The notes beneath the pieces are model-generated. The model worked only from the letters and a program-made list of their open reading frames with translations, was not told where the DNA came from and did not search any database. Made by a program: the position numbers and the translations under genes. Shown here in pieces: positions 16,724 through 24,566 of a stretch of 31,321 bases of DNA; the stretch's first letter is position 1; each line of letters starts with the position of its first letter. Location: the IMG/VR virus record IMGVR_UViG_3300044448_003259. The stretch is one strand, 5' to 3'. Source of the stretch: a virus.

Positions 16724-17390
16724 TTTACAGTGGGATTCATCTTTAGGTACTGCTACCGTATTGGCAACTACATTTAGGGAAAATATTAGTAGCTATGTAG
16801 ATCCTTTGTTGATTGATGACGGAACAGAGGGGAGTGGAAAAAAAACATTAATAGGCTTAGCAAGAGGCAGAAAAACTAATTTTATTAGGGCTTTTACTTT
16901 TATGTCGACAATAGATTCAGGTACTTATCAGCCTGAGTATATTCACAATGATAGATATTGGGAGTTTAAATTACAAATTTGGTACCCTTTAGCTTCTACT
17001 ATAAGTAGTGCTGACACAGGTAATAATCGTATGCTAGGAAATTTTGTAGCCCCTGTTGGAGATACTTACGATATTACAATGTACTACGGTGTAAGAGATT
17101 TAAGGCTTTCTACTAAAACATTAATACCTAATGTTAATATAGTTTTAAATGTGTCAGCAGATGAAACATACCAAAAATTAGAAGCAAACGATCCTATTTC
17201 TTATTATAATGAATACACCAATAACGACCAAGTAGCTTTATTGACAGCAGGTTATTGTGTTTCAAGACCAAACATACAAGGGCTCCCAGCCTCTGACGCA
17301 GTAACTGCCTCACCTTGTGATAACACAATAGACATTAATAAAGATGTAGAATACGGAGTACAAACTTGGACACCAACATACGAAACATAA
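16710..17390 (+). CDS. Hypothetical virion protein
   Basis: 226-aa ORF coupled (TAATG) to the portal gene. No motif recognised. Confidence 0.5.
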   Translation: MGVYNLQWDSSLGTATVLATTFRENISSYVDPLLIDDGTEGSGKKTLIGLARGRKTNFIRAFTFMSTIDSGTYQPEYIHNDRYWEFKLQIWYPLASTISSADTGNNRMLGNFVAPVGDTYDITMYYGVRDLRLSTKTLIPNVNIVLNVSADETYQKLEANDPISYYNEYTNNDQVALLTAGYCVSRPNIQGLPASDAVTASPCDNTIDINKDVEYGVQTWTPTYET

Positions 17391-19255
17391 TGAAGAAAAA
17401 AGATAACATATCAGTAATACATTTAGCAGAATATAATCTGCCTACTATTACTGAACAAAATAATAAGGATTGGATTCAGTTTGGAGATGATAATTTATAC
17501 CCTCAATACTTATTAGAGCTATATAATGGTAGCAGTATAAACAACGCAATAGTAAAAGGTGTTAGCTCTATGATCTATGGAGAGGGTTTAGACGCTACGG
17601 ACAGAGAAGAAAGTGAAGCCAAAAAAGAGAGTTGGTTAGCCTTAAATGGCTTGTTGCATAATTCGTCAAAAGATACTTTAAAATGCTTGGCTTTTGACTT
17701 AAAGCTATTTGGTATGTGTTATGTAAATACTATATGGAATAAACCTAGAACAAAAATAGTAGAATTAAGGCACATACCAGCGCAATATATAAGAAGTGGA
17801 AAACAAGACGCACACGGTAACATAAAAGAATATTACTATAGTGCTGATTGGGAGAACACTAGAAAGCACAAGCCTAGATATTACAGAGCCTTTGATTCAA
17901 AAGATAGATCAGACGCTAACCAAGTATTATGTATAAAAGATTATAGTCCGGGAAGTCATTATTACGCTACACCTGATTATCAAGGATCTACTAGCTATAT
18001 TCAGTTAGATATGGAGATAGCACAATTTCACTTGTCAAATATAAAGAGTGGTATGTTTCCAAGTATGGCTATTAATATGGCTAACGGAATACCAACAAGA
18101 GAAGAAAGAAGAACAATAGAAAGACAAATAAACGCTAAATTTGGTGGTAGTGGAAATGCTGGTAAAATATTGTTAACTTTTAATGATGGAAAAGATACTG
18201 CCCCTGAAATAGTACCAATCAATGCTAATGACAATTCAGAAAGTTATCAGTTTTTATCTACTGAAACAACTAGAAAGGTTTTAACAGGTCATAGGGTAAC
18301 AAGTCCTTTGTTATTTGGTGTAAAGGGAGATGGTAGTGGTTTTGGTAATAATGCAGACGAACTTCGTGATTCTTACTCGCTATTTAACAATACAGTTATA
18401 AAACCCTTCCAAAACACACTTTTAAGCGGTTTAGAGCCAATATTACACGCAAACGATATAAACCTCGATTTATACTTTAAAACGCTTAAACCTGCTGATT
18501 TTATTGATTTAGAAAATACAGGAAAATTAGACGAAGATGAACAAGAAAAAGAGGGAATAGATACAGGAGATGAAATAAAGAAAGAATTTGGAAAAAAACA
18601 TAGTTGTAAAGCTGATATGCCTGTAGATGACGAGCAGGGTTATATAGAATACTTTACAGAAAATGCAATTAAGCTTGATGATGATTGGGAGGAATTAAGA
18701 GTAGATAGGGCAGCAGAAAATGAAGAAGATGAAGAAAAGTTTTACAAATTTGCTACTGATGTGCCAGGGGGAGATACAGCAGGTAATTTATTAAGAGAAG
18801 CAACTAAAATAGGGTTGTTTAAATTATACTATAGGTATTCTTCTAACATATCTTCAAAAAGTAGAGATTTTTGTAGAATAATGGTTGCTTTGAGAAAGGC
18901 TAGAAATGTTTATACAAGAAAATCTATAATAAATGCAGGAAGCAGGGCTGTAAATCCAGGGTTTGGTAAAAATGGATCTAATACTTATTCAATTTGGAAG
19001 TTTAAAGGTGGTGCCTATTGTCATCATTTTTGGGAACGCGTTTGGTATTTTAGAAAAAGAGTTCCAGCTGGAGAGCAAATAGAAATAGACGGAAAAACAT
19101 ATAAAGGTGGACAAGTGCTACCTGATACAACGATTAGAAATTATAGAAAAGTTAGTAATGCTTTTGCAGAGGGCTTAGGAGCAAATATGCCTTTTGATGA
19201 TACATTAGCAAGAACAAAACCAATAGACACTCCAACAAGAGGTAAATACAGTTAA
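17390..19255 (+). CDS. Portal protein with a C-terminal Cys/His-containing extension (possible MuF/SPP1 gp7-like head-morphogenesis domain)
   Basis: MFPSMAINMANGIPTREERRTIERQINAKFGGSGNAGKILLTFNDGKD...RVTSPLLFGV matches the portal core pattern. I prefer the ATG at 17390 (TAATG overlap) to the upstream non-ATG start at 17366. C-terminal part: SRDFCRIM...FKGGAYCHHFWERVWYF. Confidence 0.75.
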   Translation: MKKKDNISVIHLAEYNLPTITEQNNKDWIQFGDDNLYPQYLLELYNGSSINNAIVKGVSSMIYGEGLDATDREESEAKKESWLALNGLLHNSSKDTLKCLAFDLKLFGMCYVNTIWNKPRTKIVELRHIPAQYIRSGKQDAHGNIKEYYYSADWENTRKHKPRYYRAFDSKDRSDANQVLCIKDYSPGSHYYATPDYQGSTSYIQLDMEIAQFHLSNIKSGMFPSMAINMANGIPTREERRTIERQINAKFGGSGNAGKILLTFNDGKDTAPEIVPINANDNSESYQFLSTETTRKVLTGHRVTSPLLFGVKGDGSGFGNNADELRDSYSLFNNTVIKPFQNTLLSGLEPILHANDINLDLYFKTLKPADFIDLENTGKLDEDEQEKEGIDTGDEIKKEFGKKHSCKADMPVDDEQGYIEYFTENAIKLDDDWEELRVDRAAENEEDEEKFYKFATDVPGGDTAGNLLREATKIGLFKLYYRYSSNISSKSRDFCRIMVALRKARNVYTRKSIINAGSRAVNPGFGKNGSNTYSIWKFKGGAYCHHFWERVWYFRKRVPAGEQIEIDGKTYKGGQVLPDTTIRNYRKVSNAFAEGLGANMPFDDTLARTKPIDTPTRGKYS

Positions 19256-19260
19256 AAATT

Positions 19261-19839
19261 ATGGCAATACAACACACATTATTTATAAGCACAGATAGAT
19301 TAAAAAAGGATTCAGCTTTAGGTGGTAGCGTTGACGACAATCTTTTACTGCCCTATATACTTATGGCTCAAGATAGACACATACTTCCGTATTTGGGAAC
19401 GGATTTATACAATAAAATTATTAGTGATGTCAATGGTAGTAGCTTAACAGGAAACTATTTAACGCTTTTACAAACATATATACAACCTGCTTTAGTTCAG
19501 TTTGCTTTTGCTACCGTTCTTCCTTTTTTGCGTTTAAGAATGGTTAATAATAGTATTGTAACAATGAGTAGCGAAAATGGAACAAGTGTAACTCATCAAG
19601 ATTTAAAGCCTTTAATTTCTGCAAGTATGGATCAAGGAGAGTTTTACAGAGAAAGGTTAATTGATTATTTAAGAGGTAACTTAACTAACTTTCCTGAATA
19701 CTCTACAAATCAAAGTAGCGAGGGAGATTTAAGCCCTACTACACAAAATTATTACGCTGGATTGAATCTTGATGTAGCTCCAATGAGCAATAAGGTAAAG
19801 AATTTTGTTCAAGCAGCAGGAATAACTATTTGTTGTTAA
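19261..19839 (+). CDS. Hypothetical head-tail connector/adaptor candidate
   Basis: DDNLLLPYILMAQDRHILPYLGTDLYNKI loosely resembles gp6-like connector N-termini. Lies directly after the portal. Confidence 0.3.
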   Translation: MAIQHTLFISTDRLKKDSALGGSVDDNLLLPYILMAQDRHILPYLGTDLYNKIISDVNGSSLTGNYLTLLQTYIQPALVQFAFATVLPFLRLRMVNNSIVTMSSENGTSVTHQDLKPLISASMDQGEFYRERLIDYLRGNLTNFPEYSTNQSSEGDLSPTTQNYYAGLNLDVAPMSNKVKNFVQAAGITICC

Positions 19840-19910
19840 TATGATAACAAAGCAAAAGGTCAAAGAAAGACAAAAAAATATAACTAAATTAAAAACTTAT
19901 TTAAAGCAAA

Positions 19911-20441
19911 ATGGCAGGACAAAGATTAACAGACAAAACAGCTCTAGAAGAACAAACAGGTAGTGGTGACTTATTTATGGTTGTTGATTCATCTGACACT
20001 ACAGGATCGGCAGCAGGAACGAGTAAAAAAATAGATTCTAAATTTGTAATACAAACTGATAAAATTTCAGTTACTAATACAGAGGTTGTAAATCTACATA
20101 GCACACCAAGAACATTAGTAGGGGCTTTAAGTGGCTATATGATTACAGTGCTTAATGTTAATGTATTAGTGACTTATGCTTCATCAACAGAAGCGTCAAG
20201 TAATGACTTGTATTTTGGCTATGATGATTCTAGTAACTCTTACTATTGGAAGTATTTAAGAGATTTTATGAACTTAAAAACAGATGATTTAAGTTATTCT
20301 CTACAAGCAGACACAGCAGCAGGTGGTACTTTTAACGCTTCAATTTTAAACAAGCCTTTTATAATGTGGTCTAATGCAGCCTTTACAGGTGGTTGGTCAG
20401 CAGAGGTTTATGTTACTTACGCTTATACTAAAATATTATAA
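19911..20441 (+). CDS. Hypothetical virion protein
   Basis: 176-aa ORF. N-terminal LTDKTALEEQTGSGDLFMVVDSSD...GTSKKID is a pattern I have seen at the N-termini of phage fibre/structural proteins. Confidence 0.35.
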   Translation: MAGQRLTDKTALEEQTGSGDLFMVVDSSDTTGSAAGTSKKIDSKFVIQTDKISVTNTEVVNLHSTPRTLVGALSGYMITVLNVNVLVTYASSTEASSNDLYFGYDDSSNSYYWKYLRDFMNLKTDDLSYSLQADTAAGGTFNASILNKPFIMWSNAAFTGGWSAEVYVTYAYTKIL

Positions 20442-21469
20442 TGGACACTACTAAATATATATACGCTTTACTAATAATAGTAGTATTTGGTTTGGCTACT
20501 TGTAATGCTCAATTTTTTAAATACGCTACTTTCTATACTTCTATGAGTATGAATACCAGTATGTTAGAGGATCAGGATTTTATAGCAATAAATAAAGGAT
20601 ATGAAGAAACTACGCAAATTAACCCATACGATTACAACTTCACTATTGGAATACGCAAAATTGCTAGGTTTGATTTTGAGCAAAAAGTTAAAACTTGGTA
20701 CTATGGTAATGAGCAAAGCTATAGCGATAACACTACTATTGGTAATAATAGTGGGTGGGAGTATTTACTTAATTATTCTTTTATACGCAATAGGTCTGAA
20801 AAATTTACTAACCAAGATTTTTGGGTTAGATATTTAGGCTCTAAATTTGTTACTAAATTGCAGTTAAAAAATGATGAAGCAAGAGATTTAAGTTATAGCT
20901 CTTTAGATACTAGATTTAGAATAAATAAAGGTCGTTGGGATTTTACTCTTGGAATGGTTGCTAGAAACCACAGCGTTTACCACATCAATCCAATAGAGGA
21001 TTTTTGGGTTAGTGGGGAAAGTTCTTTTCAGGAATTAGCAGAAGATTTTGGGTATTCTACTCAATTTGTTAACGGTCAATTTCATTGGTTTAAAAATGGA
21101 GAATTATTAGCAACTTCAAATGATGAGTTTTTTAAGCACTATTTTGGATCGGCAATAGCAGAGTATAACCAAGAGCAATTAAGTGCACTAGGAAGCGTTA
21201 CAGAGCTTTCTGCGGTGCTTGGAGTTTCCTATTACAAGTACAGTAATGACTTTTGGTTGCTGGGTTGGGTTAATTTACTGCCCTATCACTATGGTTTAGA
21301 TAAATATTCTTTTGAGTATGAGGGCTCTCCAATAGATTTAGATTTAGGGCTTGTAACAGGTTGGAAAATAACCAAGTCGTTAGGGATATTTGTAGAGGGT
21401 ACTTATTTAAGGTATTGGGAGAAGCCAATATATGAGTGCAAATTAGGGTTTAATTATTTAATATTTTAG
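20441..21469 (+). CDS. Secreted outer-membrane beta-barrel-like protein
   Basis: Signal peptide (YIYALLIIVVFGLATCNA/Q), repeated amphipathic aromatic-rich strands, and a C-terminal ...KLGFNYLIF ending in Phe, as in OMP beta-barrels. Confidence 0.55.
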   Translation: MDTTKYIYALLIIVVFGLATCNAQFFKYATFYTSMSMNTSMLEDQDFIAINKGYEETTQINPYDYNFTIGIRKIARFDFEQKVKTWYYGNEQSYSDNTTIGNNSGWEYLLNYSFIRNRSEKFTNQDFWVRYLGSKFVTKLQLKNDEARDLSYSSLDTRFRINKGRWDFTLGMVARNHSVYHINPIEDFWVSGESSFQELAEDFGYSTQFVNGQFHWFKNGELLATSNDEFFKHYFGSAIAEYNQEQLSALGSVTELSAVLGVSYYKYSNDFWLLGWVNLLPYHYGLDKYSFEYEGSPIDLDLGLVTGWKITKSLGIFVEGTYLRYWEKPIYECKLGFNYLIF

Positions 21470-21471
21470 GT

Positions 21472-21957
21472 ATGAAAAAATTATTGTTGTTTTTTGTGTT
21501 TAGTTTTGGCTTTAGTCAAACAAATTGTGAGCTTTGCGTTGAGCAAAATGGCTTTTATTGTGGAGATGATGAGAGTAATTGGACGCAGTATTCTCCTAAT
21601 GGTTGTGTTCCTAATGGTTTAAACAACTTATTTTATCTTAATGACGGCTGGCTTGATTGTGTTGATGGATCTGATGAGGAAGAAGCAGTACCTACTACTT
21701 TAGCTGAATGTGATATATACAATGCTGGAGATACTATATTTATAACTGACACTCTTTATATTAATGTTACTGATACGCTTACAATAACAGAGTATATAGA
21801 TTGTCAAACAGGTTTGCCTTGTGAAAACATAGGTATAATTGAGATACTTAATAAATCTCAAAACGAAAATAAAATATATAATCTTGATGGAAAGGAAATT
21901 TACAGAAGAAAAGGGTTATATATAGAGAATGGAAAAATTAACTTTAAATTAAAATAA
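21472..21957 (+). CDS. Secreted protein with an LDL-receptor class A-like acidic calcium-binding motif and a T9SS-type C-terminal sorting tail
   Basis: Signal peptide MKKLLLFFVFSFGFS/Q. NDGWLDCVDGSDEEE fits DG-x-x-DC-x-DGSDE. The C-terminus KIYNLDGKEIYRRKGLYIENGKINFKLK resembles the iY-x-l-x-G-x-x-v...kGiYIvNGkKv-x-vK tails of Bacteroidota T9SS cargo. Confidence 0.5.
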   Translation: MKKLLLFFVFSFGFSQTNCELCVEQNGFYCGDDESNWTQYSPNGCVPNGLNNLFYLNDGWLDCVDGSDEEEAVPTTLAECDIYNAGDTIFITDTLYINVTDTLTITEYIDCQTGLPCENIGIIEILNKSQNENKIYNLDGKEIYRRKGLYIENGKINFKLK

Positions 21958-21958
21958 T

Positions 21959-22147
21959 ATGAAAGAAGTAATAATGAAAATGGTAAACAGTAGAAAGTTT
22001 TGGTATGGATTTTCTATACTAATGGTTATAATGTTTTCTCAAGATTTAGGTATTAGTGAAACAAAAATGAATAGCCTTTTGGTTGTTGGTGTGGCTCTAA
22101 TTATAGGTCAAGGACTAGCAGATAAGTCCTGTAATATGAAAAAATAA
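21959..22147 (+). CDS. Small two-TM membrane protein (holin/antiholin candidate)
   Basis: 62 aa with two hydrophobic helices (FWYGFSILMVIMF; LLVVGVALIIGQGLA) and a charged C-terminus. First gene of the lysis block. Confidence 0.45.
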   Translation: MKEVIMKMVNSRKFWYGFSILMVIMFSQDLGISETKMNSLLVVGVALIIGQGLADKSCNMKK

Positions 22148-22422
22148 TGGCAACGGAAGTCTCAGAATCAAGTAAATTTACTCTATCGCTAAAAAGTATT
22201 ATAGCTATAGTTGTTTTAGTTAGTAGCTTTGTAGGACAATATTATGTTTTAAGTAATGAAATAGATTTAGCAAAGCGTTTGCCTGAAAGTGAAATATCAC
22301 GATCAGAGCTTGACTTAAAGCTAGAATTAATTAGTAAAACGGTTATGTCTAACGCTGAAAAACTAGAAAAAGTAGAAACAAGTATGGAGAAAATAGAGGA
22401 AAGAGTTTACGAGCTTAAATGA
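22147..22422 (+). CDS. N-terminally anchored coiled-coil protein (i-spanin-like)
   Basis: One TM helix (IIAIVVLVSSFVGQYYVL) followed by a charged helical region. ATGA-coupled to the next gene. Confidence 0.4.
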   Translation: MATEVSESSKFTLSLKSIIAIVVLVSSFVGQYYVLSNEIDLAKRLPESEISRSELDLKLELISKTVMSNAEKLEKVETSMEKIEERVYELK

Positions 22423-22769
22423 AATTTCTAACATACATACTATTATTGTTGGTAGGGGGCTATTGTTTCGGTCAAGATATTGGAAAGTCCAATGGAATAT
22501 TAGTCGTAGAATTTTACGCTGATTGGAACAAACATAATTCTTGTAAATATTTAAACGAACTTGCCGAGTGTAAAACACTTATGGTTAATATAGATAGAAG
22601 AAAAGATTTACAAGAAAAATATAATATAGAAGTTCTACCAACTTTAATAGTTTTTAACAACTCTGTTGAAATATGTCGATTTACAGGTAACTTACTTTTC
22701 CAGCTAAATGTTAAAAAGAAAGAAGTACAAGCAAAAATAGATAGTATAATAATTAGTAAATTTGAGTAA
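22419..22769 (+). CDS. Exported thioredoxin-fold protein lacking the CxxC active site
   Basis: Signal or lipoprotein-like leader MKFLTYILLLLVGGYCFGQ. ILVVEFYADWNKHNSCKYL...EVLPTLIVFNN parallels the thioredoxin pattern vv-x-FwA-x-WCgpCk...PTl-x-x-f, but WCGPC is replaced by WNKHNSC. Confidence 0.5.
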   Translation: MKFLTYILLLLVGGYCFGQDIGKSNGILVVEFYADWNKHNSCKYLNELAECKTLMVNIDRRKDLQEKYNIEVLPTLIVFNNSVEICRFTGNLLFQLNVKKKEVQAKIDSIIISKFE

Positions 22770-23386
22770 TGAAATTAACAAAAGAACTTATTGAAGAAAC
22801 ATTAAAAGATAGGGGTTATGCTTGGTTTGAAAACGGAGATTATAACCTTAATATAGTGGGTGTTAGAAATAGTAATACAGGAGATGAGGTTACAAATGTA
22901 TTTGATGACAAAATAACTCTATCTTATAAAGTAAATGGAGAATGGGAGTTTTATAGCTTTGACGCTACTACGGATCCTGGCAGATATTGGGTAGAAAATA
23001 TTATGAGAGTAGAGGGTGTGGCTTGTATGAAAGAGGGGCAATATAGAGGAGCGTATAGAATAGACAAGCACAGAGGAAATTATGACGCTTTGTGTCAAAG
23101 AAACGGAGAGGTTACAGTATATAGAGATAGTAATAAAGACGGTTGCTATGATTTAGATGATGACAATACACAAACAGGTTATTTTGGTATAAATATACAC
23201 AGGGCTACAGCTAGAGAGGGTAAAAAATCTACACAAGTAGATAAATGGTCGGCAGGGTGTCAAGTAATAGCTTCTAATAATGATTGGAATGAGTTTATAT
23301 TTGCTTGTTATAAGGCTAGACAAATTTGGGGAAACAGCTTTACCTATACATTAATTAAAAGCGAAAACATCTATGGGGATATTTAA
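22769..23386 (+). CDS. Putative peptidoglycan hydrolase (endolysin candidate) with a His...Cys motif
   Basis: FDATTDPG, VYRDSNKDG, GINIHRA and DKWSAGCQV. The H...SxGC arrangement is reminiscent of YkuD/L,D-transpeptidase-fold enzymes. Lies between holin-like genes. Confidence 0.45.
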   Translation: MKLTKELIEETLKDRGYAWFENGDYNLNIVGVRNSNTGDEVTNVFDDKITLSYKVNGEWEFYSFDATTDPGRYWVENIMRVEGVACMKEGQYRGAYRIDKHRGNYDALCQRNGEVTVYRDSNKDGCYDLDDDNTQTGYFGINIHRATAREGKKSTQVDKWSAGCQVIASNNDWNEFIFACYKARQIWGNSFTYTLIKSENIYGDI

Positions 23387-23759
23387 AAACATATTAGGAA
23401 CAGAAAAAATTGTAGATAGCGTTGGTAAAATAATAGACGGTGTTGTAACAAACAAAGAAGAAAAGATAAACGCTAAAGCAAAGCTTAAAGAAATAATGAA
23501 CTCCTATAAAATAGAGGTTGAAAAAAATATTACTTCACGCTGGGAAGCAGATACAAATGGTAATATACTTACAAGATCCGTAAGACCTTTAGTATTAATA
23601 TTCCTAATAGTTTGTACTATGCTACTTGTATTTATTGATAGTGGTAGTATAGCCTTTCAAGTTGAAGATAAATGGACAGATTTATTACAGCTTACTTTAA
23701 TAACGGTGATAGGTGCCTATTTTGGTGGGCGTAGCGTTGAAAAATTTAAAAAGAAATAA
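23373..23759 (+). CDS. Holin candidate (GTA-type 3-TM holin-like)
   Basis: The N-terminal soluble helix, then TRSVRPLVLIFLIVCTMLLVFI plus further hydrophobic segments, matches my memory of that family. Overlaps the end of the endolysin candidate. Confidence 0.45.
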   Translation: MGIFKNILGTEKIVDSVGKIIDGVVTNKEEKINAKAKLKEIMNSYKIEVEKNITSRWEADTNGNILTRSVRPLVLIFLIVCTMLLVFIDSGSIAFQVEDKWTDLLQLTLITVIGAYFGGRSVEKFKKK

Positions 23760-23839
23760 AAAAAGATTACCGACTTCGTTTAACAAAAGTTGAACACGAT
23801 CTAATAAAAAGCAAAAGAAACAAGGGCGAAAACAATGTT

Positions 23840-24478
23840 TTGGTTATTGGAGATTTGCACGAGCCCTTTTGTTTAGAAAACTATTTATATTTTTGCGTAG
23901 AGCAATATCATAAATATAACTGCAATGAGGTTGTTTTTATTGGAGATATAATAGACAATCACTACGCTAGTTATCACGAAACATCAGCAGACGGTATGGG
24001 TGGCTCTGATGAGCTTGAGCTTTCTATAGAGTGTATAGCTAGGTGGTATTTAGCGTTTCCAAAGGCAACTGTAATTATAGGAAATCACGACAGAATGATA
24101 ATGAGAAAAGCACAAACCTCTGCTATTCCTAGTAAATGGATCAAAAGCTATAAAGATGTTTTAGAGGTACCCAGCTGGAATTTTGTAGAAAGATACGAAA
24201 AGGATAATGTTCAATATTTACACGGAGAGGGTGGAACAGCAAGAACAAAGTGCAGAGCAGATATGCAGAATACAGTACAAGGACATTTACATACTCAAGC
24301 TTATTGTGAACATTATGTAGGTCAAAATTTTAGAGTGTTTGGTTTACAAGTAGGTTGTGGGATTGACCACGAAAGTTACGCTATGGCTTATGCTAAATAC
24401 GGAAAGAAACCAGCTATTGGTTGTGCGGTTGTTTTAAATAATGGAAAGCAGCCTATTAATATTTTAATGGAGCTATAA
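23840..24478 (+). CDS. Calcineurin-like metallophosphoesterase
   Basis: VIGDLHEP (DxH), VFIGDIIDN (GDxxD) and IIGNHD (GNHD), in the canonical order. Non-ATG (TTG) start. The frame is open upstream to 23750 with no ATG. Confidence 0.75.
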   Translation: MVIGDLHEPFCLENYLYFCVEQYHKYNCNEVVFIGDIIDNHYASYHETSADGMGGSDELELSIECIARWYLAFPKATVIIGNHDRMIMRKAQTSAIPSKWIKSYKDVLEVPSWNFVERYEKDNVQYLHGEGGTARTKCRADMQNTVQGHLHTQAYCEHYVGQNFRVFGLQVGCGIDHESYAMAYAKYGKKPAIGCAVVLNNGKQPINILMEL

Positions 24479-24513
24479 AAAAATAAGGGTAAAAATATTA
24501 GAATGTTATCCCT
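24477..24513 (-). terminator. Possible intrinsic terminator for the minus-strand operon (convergent gap)
   Basis: On the minus strand, AGGGATAA...TTACCCT (one bulged base) is followed by TATTTTTT. Confidence 0.35.
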
Positions 24514-24566
24514 ACTAATATAATTACCCCTATTCCGAGCAGTAAAAGTAATGAAAGAAAACTGCC

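Noticed and set aside
19841-19963. 40-aa basic ORF (MITKQKVKERQKNITKLKTYLKQNGRTKINRQNSSRRTNR) filling the 19840..19910 gap
   Set aside because: More than a third of it overlaps the start of 19911..20441 in another frame. The composition is Lys/Arg low complexity from an A-rich spacer, and there is no supporting context.
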